64,000 bases of DNA from contig CAVTHK010000013.1 of NCBI GenBank assembly GCA_963734495.1, positions 1-64,000 on the forward strand, written 5' to 3'. Positions 1-10,548 of the stretch are shown piece after piece. Made by a program: the position numbers and the translations under genes. The notes beneath the pieces are model-generated. The model made no database searches. It was not told the DNA's origin and saw only the letters and a program-made list of their open reading frames with translations. This DNA comes from an uncultured Spirochaetota bacterium (GTDB lineage: Bacteria; Spirochaetota; Spirochaetia; SZUA-6; CAVTHK01). Position 1 is the stretch's first letter, and every line of letters starts with the position of its first letter.

Positions 1-137
1 AATGTATCGTCTTGAGACATAGTCCTACCCAACATCTTGAACCTCAAAATCCCAGTATACGGCCTGGCCTCTTCCGCGGTCTGAATCTACCTCCTGCATG
101 ACTCAAACATCGCCTTGTAGTGAAGGAGGGACCTTGT

Positions 138-1051
138 ATGTTCCGGGGCTCCAGTCTTTTCTCGTCTACCTGAGACCGCACAGCGGGCGCCGGGGAGTAG
201 CGCCTACTCCGCCCCGCAGCACCCTGGAGCGCTACGTGTCGGACCTGGGCATACGGCCAGCGATCGCGCCGTCACGCGTGCACATCCCGCGGCATTCATC
301 GACGTCTTGCGCAAACGTATTCTGAGCGACGATTACGCCGCGAGGTGGCCGGGATGCTCAAGGCGTACTTCAGATTCCTTGTGGAGCGCGGACTGCTCCC
401 TGTGCTCGCCGATGGAAGGCTGGAGGGCCAGGAGATCCGGTGTCGGCCACTACCCCGTGATTCGCCACGCTCCGCTTGCCGCCATGCTCGACGCGGTCTG
501 CGCCGATGATGCGATCAGCGTGCGCGGGCGCGCCATTCTCGAGCCGGCCTATAGCTCGGCCCTTCGGCCTCGGGAGTGTCCGCGACTTGAAACTTCGGGA
601 CATCGATCATGAGCGTGGGCTTGCTGTTCATCGATCAGTCGAAAGGCCGAAGGGACAGGCTCGTACCCGTCGGCCGGCGGGCGCTTGGCTGGGTCGCGCG
701 GTACTCACCGGAGGTCCGGCTCGATACGCCAGGAGCGATGTCAACGAACACGTCTTCCGAGCCACAAGAACGGGAACCTCAGCATGAAGGGGCTGGCGCT
801 GGGCGCTTCAGGAGGCATTGCGGCGAGCAGGCTGCGCCCCGATCAAGCCGGCGAGCCTGCGGTGCTCCGCCGCAGCTGGAGAGCGGCATGGACGTGAGCT
901 ACATCCAGCGGCTGTCGGTCACGTCGTTCGATCCGCACCACGTCGTCTACCTGCGGGTTAGCGAGCGCGCACTTCAGTCCAGGCTCGCAGAGAGCCATCC
1001 GTGTGGCGGGCGGAACGCAAACCACGGCGGACAAGGAGGCGTCCATCATGA
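138..1051 (+). pseudogene. Tyrosine recombinase 1, mirror copy (heavily frameshifted, low-quality sequence)
   Basis: Fragments AILEPAYSSALRPRE, QSKGRRDRLVPVG and ESGMDVSYIQRL match the gene at 7077-8018. Confidence 0.75.
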
Positions 1052-2001
1052 AATTCGACAGAGACTTGCTCGCCTTCGAGGAATACATGCGGAATTCTTG
1101 GTCCCTTTCGCTACGGAACCGTGGAGACCTACTCGCTGCAGGTCGGGTTGTTGCGTTCGTGGAGGTGCATTACCCCTGCCTTCATTCGATCCAGGGTGTG
1201 AACCACGACGCCCTGATGGCCGACTATCTGGCTTTCCGCGCGCGCGCACGGGCAGGACCGGGGTGTCCGCCGCCGGCCAACCAGACGCTGGTCGTGAAGG
1301 TCAAGGCCGTCCGCGCTTCTTCGCGTTTCGCGCGCGAGGGCACAGCGCCCTTCGCGATCCGACGGCGCAAATGGTCAGGCCTCGTGAACAGGTCCTGTCT
1401 TGAGCCGCAACGTGCCGTCGAGGACGAGGTCGCGATCTCATCCAGCGCACACGCCCGTCGACCCGTTGTCGATCAGGAATCGGCCGATAGTGGAGCCTCT
1501 TCACGCCTGGCTTTTGGGCTTCGACGTCGGAGCTCTGCGATCTGAAGATCGGAGATGTGACCTCAAGGAGCAGACGGTGACTCTTGATCGTTCACGGCAA
1601 AGGTGGCCGTGCAAAGAGTCGCGCCCATTGCTCAGTATGCCGCGCACTATACCGGAGCCTGACTCGTCCCGCGCACGGGAGTACATGCTGGCCGGCAGGC
1701 GGGAAGATCCTGGCAACTGTCTCGTCGGAGGGATCCGTTTATTCGATCATCGATCAACAAGACGCCGCCACGATCGGTCGGGAAGGCTCTCGCGGGCGGT
1801 AGAGGGTCTCGGCCTACATGTTTCGACTCGATCGCGACACACCTGCTCGCGAACGGTCTCGACGTGCTGTCATATCGCGCAAGCTGTTGGGCTACCGGTA
1901 ATTCTTCGGAGACCGAGACAGACTCTGCCGTCGAGATCGGATCTCAAACGGCTGCACGCGAGACTACACCCCAGGAGACCAGCAGGCGACCGGAGCAGTG
2001 A
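1048..2001 (+). pseudogene. Tyrosine recombinase 2, mirror copy (frameshifted)
   Basis: MKFDRDLLAFEEYMRN, ANQTLVVKVKAVRA and DLKRLHARLHPR match the gene at 6127-7080. Confidence 0.75.
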
Positions 2002-2250
2002 GAATAGACCTCGCGTCAGGGGTGCGGTTGGCACGCAGAACGGTTGCGATCGTGGCGGGTCCGTGACCTGTATGTGCGGTTCGGCGTACTGAGACGGTAG
2101 CTATGCTGCGCTCGGTGGGCCTTTAAGCGCGTCTGCGAGGCCTGGGGTGACACCTCGGGGTGATTCGACGCCGCTCCAGCAGATATGCTCCGCGCGGGGC
2201 CGCCGCTGACTACTCCTCCTGCCACTACCTGACGTCTGGCGGAGAGCATG

Positions 2251-2280
2251 TTGCAGTTGAGACCCCGAGTAGGGTATACT
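2251..2280 (+). promoter_or_regulatory. Sigma70-like promoter TTGCAG-N18-TATACT for the repeat lipoprotein (mirror copy)
   Basis: Both hexamers are identical to those at 5855-5883, while the spacer sequence differs. Confidence 0.55.
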
Positions 2281-2411
2281 CGCAGCTTGGGATAGACGAA
2301 AGCTTCGTTTTTTCAGCGAGGTTTGCCGCTGTCTCAGAGCACACTTGCACGTGGCCTTCTTCCATCCAGTTAGGAGTCGCTGCTGTGCCTCTAGGGGCAA
2401 GAGCCCCGGCG

Positions 2412-4056
2412 ATGAAGAAGCTCACCGATTCGTAGGGTCGTCGTGACGGCACTTGTGTCTGCAACGATCACGCTCCTGATCGCCGGTTGTCCCCGCTCCA
2501 GGGGGCGGGGGTGAGTCGCTTCCAGTGCAAAGGCGATCATGGGCGTTCGTTCGCGAGCCCTGCGGCGACGGGGACGATTGACTAGAACGTGAAGACCATC
2601 GCGGTGACGGTGCCTGCTGGCAGCGGACGCTGCGGCGTCGGCGGCGACCTTCACGACCACCGGCGCAAGCGTCAAGGTTGGCTCGACGGTGCAGGTCAGC
2701 GGCGCGACCGCGAACAACTTCACCAGTCCCATCATCTACACAGTGACGGCGGCCGATGGGCTCGACGGCGAGTTACACGGTGACAATGACGGTGGCGCCT
2801 TCCGACACGAAGGCCATTACGGCCTATTCGTTCGCGAGCCCCCCGGCGACCGGAACGATGAGAACGTGAAGACCATCGCGGTGACTGTGCCCTTCGGTAT
2901 GTGACCGCTCGGCGGCGACCTTCACGACCGACCCGCGCAAGCGTCAAGGTTGGCTCGACGGTGCAGGTCAGCGGCACGACCGCGAACAACTTCAGAGTCC
3001 CGTCATTTACACAGTGACGGCGGCCGATGGCTCGACGGCTAGCTACACCGTGACGGTGACGGTGGCTCTTTCGAGCGCCAAGGCCGTCACGGCCTTCTCA
3101 TTCGCAAGCCCTCCCGGCGACCGGAACGATTGATGAGAAACGCCAAGACGATCGCGGTGAGACTGTAGCCTGATGCACCTCCTGTGATGGTGCTGGGTCA
3201 CGTCACGACCTCACCGGCGCAGGCGTCAAGGTTGGCTCCACGGTGCAGGTCAGTGGCACGACCGCGAACAACTTCAGCAGTTCCCCGTCATCTACACAGT
3301 GACGGCGGCTGATAGCTCGACCGCGAACTATACGGTGACCGTGACGGTGATCCTCCTTCCAGCACCAAGGCCATCCCGGCCTACTTGTTTCGCGAGTGAC
3401 TCACGGGGACGATCAGTGAAAGCGCGAAGACGATTGCGCGGACGTGTCGTACGGGTTTTGCGGTGACGGCGTTGGTGGCGACGTTCACGATTACCGGCGC
3501 AAGCGTCAAGGTCGGCTCCACGGTGCAGGTCAGCGGCGTGACCGCGAACAACTTCAGTAGTTCCGTCATCTATACAGTGACGGCGGCTGATAGGTCGACG
3601 GCGAGCTATACGGTGACGGTGACGGTGACGCTCGCCAGTGCCAAGGCCATCACGGCGTTTTCATTCGCAAGCCCGCCGGTGACTGGAACGATTAATGAGA
3701 ACGCGAAGACGATATTTTGTGAACAGTGCCCTACGGCACGGACGTGACGGCACTGGCGGCTACGTTCACGACCACCGGCGCAAGCGTCAAGGTCGGCTCC
3801 ACGGTGTGGGTCAGCGGGACCACCGCGAACAACTTCAGTAGTCCCGTCATCTACACAGTGACGGTGGCTCGTAGGAGTCGACCGCAAACTATACGGTGAC
3901 GGTGACGGTGACTCCTCCTTCCAGGACCAGCGGCCATCACGGCCTTCTCATTCACAAGCCCGCCTGCGACTGGAACGATCGACGGAATGCGAAGACGATC
4001 ACGGGTACTGCCCTACGGCACGGACGTGACGGCGTTGGTGGCGTACCTTCACGACC
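2412..4056 (+). pseudogene. DUF5018-like Ig-repeat lipoprotein, mirror copy truncated at the fold-back
   Basis: MKKLT start and repeated TALVATFTTTGASVKVGSTVQVSG...YTVTAAD units. Confidence 0.7.
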
Positions 4057-5720
4057 TTGACGCTTGCGCCGGTGGTCGTGAAGGTCGCCACCAATGCCGC
4101 CACGTCGGTGCCGGTAGGGCAACTGTTACCGCGACTGGGCCTTCGTGTCTTCTTTATCAATTGTTCCAGTCGCAGGCGGGCTTGTGAATGAGAAGGCCGT
4201 GATGGCCTTGGTGCTGGAGGAGGTCACCGTCACCGTCACCGGGCAGAGTTTGCGGTCGAGCGGTCGGCCGCCGTCACTGGTGTAGATGATGGGATGATTG
4301 AAGTCGTTCGCAGTCGTGCCGCTCACCTGCACCGTGGAGCCGACCTTGACGCTTGCACCGGTGGTCGTGAAGGTCGCCACCAATGCCGTCACGTCCGTGC
4401 CGTAGGGCACCGTTACCGCGATGGTCTTCGCGGTCTCATTAATCGTTCCAGTCGCAGCAGGGCTTGCGAATGAAAAGGCCGTGATGGCCTTGGCGCTGGA
4501 AGAGAGTCACCGTCACCGTCACTGTATAGTTCGCGGTCGAGCCATCAGCGGCCGTCACTGTGTAGATGACGGAATGGTGAAGTTGTTCGCGGTCGTGCCT
4601 TCTACTTGTACCGTGGAGCCGACCTTGCGCCGACTGGTCGTCGTGAACGTTGCCACCAACGCCGTCACGTTGGTGCCGTAGGGCACCGTCACCGCGATGG
4701 TCTTTGCGCTTTCATTAATCGTTCCTGTCGTCGCGGAATCGCGAATGAAAAGGCTGTCATGGCCTGTGCTGGAAAGGAGGAGTCATCGTCACGGTCACTG
4801 TATAGTTCGCAGTCGAGCCGTCAGCGGCCGTCACCGTGTAGATGACGGGACAGGTGAAGTTGTTCGCGGTCGTGCCGCTGACCTGCACCGTGGAGCCGAC
4901 CTTGACGCCGGAACCGGTGGTCGTGAAGGTCGCCACCAACGCCGTCACGGGCGTGCCGTAGGGCACCGTTACCGCGATCGTCTTGGCGTTCTCATCAATC
5001 GTTCCGAGTCGCGGAGGGCTTGCGAATGAAAAGGCCGTGATGGCCTTGGCGCTCGAAAGAGCCACCGTCACCGTCACGGTGTAGCTCGCCGTCGAGCCAT
5101 CGGCCGCCGTCACTGTGTAGATGACGGGACTGGTGAAGTTGTTCGCGGTCGTGCCGCTGACCTGCACCGTCGAGCCGACCTTGACGCTTGCGCCGGTGGT
5201 CGTGAAGGTCGCCACCAAAGCAGTCACGTCCGTACCGAAGGGCACCGTCATCGCGATGGTCTTCGCGTTCTCATCAATCGTTCCGGTCGCCGGGGGGCTC
5301 GCGAACGAAAAGGCCGTGATGGCCTTGTTGTCGGAAGGCGCCACCGTCACTGTCACCGTGTAACTCGCCGTCGAGCCATCGGCCGCCGTCACTGTGTAGA
5401 TGACGGGACTGGTGAAGTTGTTCGCGGTCGCGCCGCTCACCTGCACCGTCGAGCCGACCTTGACGCTTGCGCCGGTGGTCGTGAAGGTCGCCACCAACGC
5501 CGTCACGTCCGTGCCGGCGGGCACCGTCACCGCGATGGTCTTCGCGTTTTCGTCAATCGTCCCCGTCGCCGCAGGGCTCGCGAACGAAAACGCCGTGATC
5601 GCCTTTGCACTCGAAAGCGTTTCTTCGCCGCCCTGGAGCGGGACAACCGGCGATCAGGAGCGTGATCGTTGCCAGCGCGAGTGCCGTCACGACGACCCTA
5701 CGAATCGTGAGCTTCTTCAT
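4057..5720 (-). CDS. Surface lipoprotein with ~6 tandem 93-aa DUF5018-like (Ig/cadherin-like) repeats; 3' end missing, frameshifted
   Basis: Signal peptide MKKLTIRRVVVTALALATITLLIAGC ends in a lipobox. Repeat period is 279 bp (e.g. 5121 vs 5400). The unit is SAKAITAFSFASP.ATGTIDENAKTIAVTVP.GTDVTALVATFTTTGASVKVGSTVQVSG.TANNFTSPVIYTVTAADGSTASYTVTVTV. Confidence 0.8.
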
Positions 5721-5854
5721 CGCCACCCCCCCCGGGGCTCTTGCCCCTCAAGGCACAGCAGCGACCTCCCTAACTGGATGAAGAACCCCTACGTGCAAGT
5801 GTGCTCTGGACGGCGGCAAACCTCGCTGGAAGGAAGGTTACGTTGTCTGCAACA

Positions 5855-5883
5855 AGTATAGGCTCTCAGGTTGCCGACTGCAA
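5855..5883 (-). promoter_or_regulatory. Sigma70-like promoter TTGCAG-N17-TATACT upstream of the lipoprotein gene
   Basis: Near-consensus hexamers with a 17-nt spacer; both hexamers are conserved in the mirror copy. Confidence 0.6.
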
Positions 5884-6126
5884 CGTCTCTCGCCAGACAT
5901 ACGGTCATGGCAGGTGGTGGGCGCGGCGGGTTTCCGCGCGGACATATCTGCTGGAGCGGCGTCGAATCGCCCCGAGGATTGTCGCCCAGGGCCTCGCGGA
6001 CGCGCTGGAGGCCCACCAGAGACGCACATAGCCGTGTTTCAGTACGCAAACCGCACATACAGGTCACGGACCCGCCACGATCGCGACCGTTCTGCGTGCC
6101 AACCGCACCCTGACGCGAGGTCTACT

Positions 6127-7080
6127 TCACTGCTCCGGTGGCCTGCTGGTCTCCCTGGGGTGTAGTCGCGCGTGCAGCCGCTTCAGGTCGCCGATCTCGA
6201 CGCTGAGGTACCGCTGGGTCGTGCGAAGGGACCGGTGACCCAGCAGCTTCGCGATGTGGACCACGTCGAGGCCGTTGGCGAGCAGGTGCGTCGCGATCGA
6301 GTGCCGGAACGTGTAGGCCGAGATCCTCTTGCCGCCCGCGAGAGCCTTGCCGACCGATCGCATGACGGTCTTGTTGATCGACGATCGATCGAACGGATTG
6401 CCCCTGCCCGACAGGAACAGGTTGCCCGGGATCTTCCCGCCTGCCCGGCGAGCATGTACTTGCGTGCGCGGGACAGGTACAGCTCGACGTAGTGCGCGGC
6501 GTACTGCCCGATCGGCGCGACCCTTGATCGGCCGCCCTTCCCGTGCACGATCGTGACCGTCTGCTCCTTGAGGTCCACGTCCCCGATCTTCAGGTCGCAG
6601 AGCTCGGACGTACGGAGCCCGCAGGCGTAGAACAGCTCCACGATCGCCCGATTCCTGATCGACAGCGGATCGATCGGGCGCGTGCGCTGGATGAGCTCGC
6701 GGACCTCGTCCTGCGACAGCACGTTGCGGCTCAAGACGACCTGTTCACGCGGCCGGACCATTTCCGCCGTCGGGTCGCGCAGCACCGTGCCCTCGCGGGC
6801 GAGGAACGAGAAGAACGCACGGACGGCCTTGATCTTCACGACCAGCGTCTGGTTGGCCAGCGGTCTGCCGGTCCTGCCCGTGCGCGCACGCAGGAAGGCG
6901 AGATAGTCGGCAATCACGTCGCGGTTCACGCCCTGGATCGAATGAAGGCGCGGATAGTGCGCCTCGACGAACGCCAGGAACAGCCCGACCTGCTCGCGAG
7001 TAGGTCTCCACGGTTCGCGGCGAAAGGGACCGGTTCCGCATGTGTTCCTCGAAGGCGAGCACGTGTTTCTCGAACTTCAT
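6127..7080 (-). CDS. Tyrosine recombinase (XerC/XerD-like), frameshifted in the assembly
   Basis: RNRAIVELFYACGLRTSEL, HGKGGRSR and YTFRHSIATHLLANGLDVVHIAKLLGHRSLRTTQRY; AAGGAGG RBS upstream. Confidence 0.9.
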
Positions 7081-8018
7081 GATGGATTCCTCCTTGTCGC
7101 TGCCGTGCGATTGCGTTCGCCGCGACCACTTCAGCCGCGGATGGCTCTCTGCGAGCCGGGACTGAAGTGCGCGCTCGCTGACCCGCAGATAGATGACCGT
7201 CGTACGGATGTCGACGTGACCAAGGAGCCGCTGGATGTAGCTCACGTCCATGCCGCTCTCCAGCAGCGCCGTCGCGGCGGAGCACCGAAGGCTCGCGGGC
7301 TTGATCGGGGCGCAGCCCGCTCGCCGCAGCGCCTCCTGGACGCGCCCAGCGCAGCCCCTTCACGCTGAGCTTTCTCCCGTTCTTGTGGCTCACGAAGACG
7401 TACTCGTTGTCTCGCTCCTCGCGTATCGGGGCCGCACTTCGGTGATGTACCGCGTGACCCAGCGCGAGCGCCTGTCCGGCCGACCGGCACGAGCCTGTCC
7501 TTGCGGCCCTTGGACTGCTCGATGAACAGCAGGCCGCGCTGATGGTCGATGTCGCGCGAGCTTGAGGTGGCGGATCTCGCGCGGCCGAAGCGCCGAGCTG
7601 TAGGCGAGCTCAAGGATGGCCCGCCCGCGGACGCTGATCGGATCGTCGCCGCCGACCGCGTCCAGCATGGCGGCGAGGGCCGTGTGGCGAACCACGGGGA
7701 AGTGGCCGACACCGGCCGCTTCGTCTTGCAGCCGGCCATCGGCGAGGAAAGGATCAGTCCGCCGTCCTCAAGGAATCCGAAGTACGCCTTGAGCATGCCG
7801 GCGACCTTCGCGGCGTAGTCGTCGCTCGCACAGGCGCTGGCGCAGCCCGTCAAGGAACGCGGCGACATGCTCGCCGCGTGACAGCCCGATCATCGAGGAT
7901 GCCCGAGGCCGGACAAGTAGCGCTCCAAGCGCACGAGGGCGTAGCGGTACTCCCGGATGGTCGCCGGTGCCCGCTGGAGTGACCTGAGGTGGTCAAGAAA
8001 CGGCTGGAATCGGAACAT
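7077..8018 (-). CDS. Tyrosine recombinase (XerC/XerD-like), frameshifted in the assembly
   Basis: N-terminal SAM-like RAPATIREYRYAL; RGRAILELAYSSALRPRE; SKGRKDRLVPVG; SLRCSAATALLESGMDVSYIQRLLGHVDIRTTVIY. Confidence 0.85.
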
Positions 8019-8110
8019 ACGGAGGTCCTCCTTCATGACGAGGCGATGGCGGCGAAGCGAAGTGACGCTCAGGCCGAGCACGGGTGGCCTGTATACGCTC
8101 AAATGCGAGC

Positions 8111-8202
8111 GTTCAGGTGTTCAGGTAGAGCTATCTATCGGCGGAGCAGCGAGATAGCGGCACGAAGACCCGAATGTTCGGGTATGTTCAGGTAGTTCAG
8201 GT
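8111..8202. repeat. Iteron-like GTTCAGGT direct repeats (5 copies, one variant) with small inverted repeats
   Basis: Copies at 8111, 8119, 8176 (GTTCGGGT), 8186 and 8195; inverted pair GCTATCT/AGATAGC at 8130-8158. Confidence 0.6.
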
Positions 8203-9774
8203 CGCCGATGAACCGGCCAGCCGCGCCGCGAGCTCTTCGGGCTTCAAGATGCGGGAGAGGAAGTCCAGCTCGCTGTAGCTGCCGTTGAGCCGGTACTGGC
8301 TCGCCACGCCGTTCTGGGACCGCACGAGCTGGATGTACTCGTAGTCCCGCAGGGTCCGGAAGCCGTTCCGCACCTGGGCGAATGACCACGAGGTGTACTC
8401 CCGGATGTCCTTCCGCTCGAAGAGGAGCCGGTTGACCGGAACGCCGTCCCGCTCGGAGCGCTCCTGCAGGTACCGCTTGATGTGGTCCAGGAGCTTCCGG
8501 GCCGGCCGCGGAAGATCGTCCAGCGTGTTGTCCAGGACGCCGTCGGCCAGAAGCTCGTAGGCCACCCGGTAGTCCTCGGCCGTGCACTCGATGTACTCGA
8601 TGACCTGCCCGTCGGGGAGCTTCCGCTCCTTGGTCTTCCGCTGGTACTGGTGCAGGAAGCAGATCACGTTGATGAGCCTCAGGAACTTGTCGTTGTCCCG
8701 CCGGGTGCGCAGCTTCGAGGTCGGGAAGGTCAGAGCCTCCGCAAACGGGTTGAAGACCAGCACGGGCCGAAGGAGCCTCTGGGCGTAGACGTGCTTCTCG
8801 ATGATCTTCCCGAGGTCCTTGCTCTCGACGTAGCCGTCGATCGTGTAGCCTCTCCGCTGCTGCTCGTGGATGACCCGGGTCTGGTCCTCGCTCTCGTCGA
8901 TCCCGACCACGAAGCAGCGGTTGAGGTTCTCGGGGTTCACCTCGCCGCTCGTCGTCGTCTCGGCCAGGGCGATCGGACCGTTGACCGTGATCCGCTCGGT
9001 CTTGATCTGCCCGGTCACCGGGTCCTTCATCGGGATCGCCTTGGTGATCGAGCGCTTGGAGATCAGCTCCCGCAGGGGGTAGTCCGAGCCCTCGCTTCCC
9101 TCTTTCTCGCCGATGACGACGAACTTGTGCGCCAGGTCGTCCTGCCCGTAGTAGTAGAGAGCCTGGGCCGAGAGATCGCTCACGCTCTCCAGGTGCTCGG
9201 GCGGACAGAGCTGCTCGGTGATCTCCACGAGCCGGCTCTTGCCGGCGCCGCTACGGGAGACCAGCAGCACGTGCAGCGGGTTCTCCGTGAGCCTCGAGGT
9301 CATGACGAGGTACAGAAGCAGCTTGTTCTTCCGCTCGCGGACGTAGCCCAGGCTGGTGAAGTCCTCCTCGATCTCATCGAGCAGCTTCGGGTTCTCCAGG
9401 AACCGCGTGCCGACGTCCTTCTGGTGGTCGGTGAGCTCCACGTGCGTGCTCTTCTTCTCGAGGGCCTTCTTCTCCCGGTGCTTCTCGATGACCTCGATGA
9501 TCTGGTTCAGGTCGGTCTCAAGCTGGAGCTGGTCGCGGATGCCGAAGCGGTCCATGAGGCTGAACACGAAGGTCTGCCGCCCTCGGCTCTTGTAGAGGTC
9601 GACCTGGTCCACGAAGGCGTCGGTCTCGGTGAACGCCTTGATGTTGGCCCGAAGCGACAGGTTGTACTCGGTGAAGTTCCCGATGACCCGATAGCTCAGA
9701 TGCGGGAACCGGAACAGGAACCCGCTTTCGATCTCCTGGATGGTGTCGGAGGCGCCGCTCGCTCCGCGCATCAC
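8197..9774 (-). CDS. P-loop ATPase, MCM-like AAA+ putative helicase (probably the C-terminal part of a primase-helicase)
   Basis: Walker A SRSGAGKS, Walker B-like FVVIGE, then SITKAIP...ITVNGPIALAETTT...ENLNRCF and RTRRD, with a wHTH-like C-terminus. Confidence 0.75.
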   Translation of the reverse strand: MMRGASGASDTIQEIESGFLFRFPHLSYRVIGNFTEYNLSLRANIKAFTETDAFVDQVDLYKSRGRQTFVFSLMDRFGIRDQLQLETDLNQIIEVIEKHREKKALEKKSTHVELTDHQKDVGTRFLENPKLLDEIEEDFTSLGYVRERKNKLLLYLVMTSRLTENPLHVLLVSRSGAGKSRLVEITEQLCPPEHLESVSDLSAQALYYYGQDDLAHKFVVIGEKEGSEGSDYPLRELISKRSITKAIPMKDPVTGQIKTERITVNGPIALAETTTSGEVNPENLNRCFVVGIDESEDQTRVIHEQQRRGYTIDGYVESKDLGKIIEKHVYAQRLLRPVLVFNPFAEALTFPTSKLRTRRDNDKFLRLINVICFLHQYQRKTKERKLPDGQVIEYIECTAEDYRVAYELLADGVLDNTLDDLPRPARKLLDHIKRYLQERSERDGVPVNRLLFERKDIREYTSWSFAQVRNGFRTLRDYEYIQLVRSQNGVASQYRLNGSYSELDFLSRILKPEELAARLAGSSAT

Positions 9775-10431
9775 CCGAAAGGGCCCGCTCCAGGTATGCG
9801 CGCGGATCCTTCTCCGCTGGCGACGAGCCGGAAGTCGACAGCCCGGCGCACCGCCGAGACGCCGTTCTTGGTCAGCTCATGGAAGAGCCTCTGTCCGCCC
9901 TCGAAGGTGAAGGTGACCTTGCGGATCGAGTGGTCCAGGACGAACCGGACAAGCTCTGCTTCGGAACCGGAGAGGAACGTGGCGTTGGAGACCTCGTTCT
10001 GGATGAGGAGCAGGCACTCCAGCGGCCCGGGCGCCAGCACGATCTCCTCGCAGCGGCTCAAGAACGGAGCGTTGAACAGGCCGCCGGACCTCAGGGACAC
10101 GAGGGGCCGTTTCGACCGAGCGCTCGAGGCTGCAGCCCGAGGACGTTGACGAGCGTCTTCTGCTCGTCGAAGAGCGGGATGACCAGCCGCCCGCGGAAGA
10201 CCTCCCGGTCGTCCTTGAGCAGCTTGAGCTCGACGAGCTGCTGCTTGAGCGCGTCGTTTCCGTCGACGAGCTCTGCGAGGGAGCCGGTGGCGTAGCCCAA
10301 GCTGGAAGGTCTCGGCGACGAAGGACTCCTTGATGCCGAGCTTCGCGAGGCAGGCAGCGCGCTCGATCGTCGCGGCCGAGGTTCTCGTGGCAGAAGGCGA
10401 CGTAGCGCTCCAGAACGGCATGCTCGGTCAT
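9771..10431 (-). CDS. DnaG-like primase catalytic-core homolog, degenerate TOPRIM, no Zn finger (frameshifted)
   Basis: LAKLGI...ETFQLGYA...EVFRGRLVIPLFDEQKTLVNVLG resembles the N-terminal part of the DnaG catalytic core. Confidence 0.65.
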
Positions 10432-10463
10432 GGCGCCCTCCTCAGTACGCTATCCCGCCCTAT

Positions 10464-10540
10464 AGTATCCTTGATCACGTACACGTCTGTCAAGGATAAA
10501 GATCGCGCTGCGTGCACCAAACCGAGCCCTCGGCTATACT
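10464..10540. promoter_or_regulatory. Divergent promoter/operator switch between the primase and XRE genes
   Basis: Inverted repeat TATCCTTGA-N15-TCAAGGATA (10466-10498) overlaps a minus-strand TTGACA-N18-GATACT. A plus-strand TATACT (10535-10540) lies 8 nt before the XRE ATG. Confidence 0.6.
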
Positions 10541-10548
10541 CGCTCTCT

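Larger units (their letters stand above)
1..8100. repeat. Imperfect ~4-kb inverted repeat (arms ~1-4056 and 4074-~8100); probable fold-back chimera
   Basis: The left arm is the noisy reverse complement of the right arm with the same gene order. Stem ACCTTCACGACC (4045-4056) / GGTCGTGAAGGT (4074-4085) closes a 17-nt loop. Confidence 0.9.

Noticed and set aside
4045-4085. Covalently closed hairpin telomere
   Set aside because: The junction falls inside a coding repeat, is GC-rich and microhomology-mediated, and no telomere resolvase is recognisable. It is unlikely but not excluded without reads.
2412-5720. Diversity-generating retroelement target or shufflon
   Set aside because: No reverse transcriptase or TR/VR pair is visible, and the inversion is better explained by a fold-back than by invertible cassettes.
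5885-5915. dif-like Xer site next to the recombinases
   Set aside because: The resemblance is weak and the sequence is not conserved in the mirror copy.
8482-10149. Long antisense ORFs (also 16090-17634, 26339-27814, 36443-38344, 53723-55456 and others)
   Set aside because: These are shadow or off-frame ORFs overlapping well-supported genes in GC-rich DNA, with no recognisable motifs.
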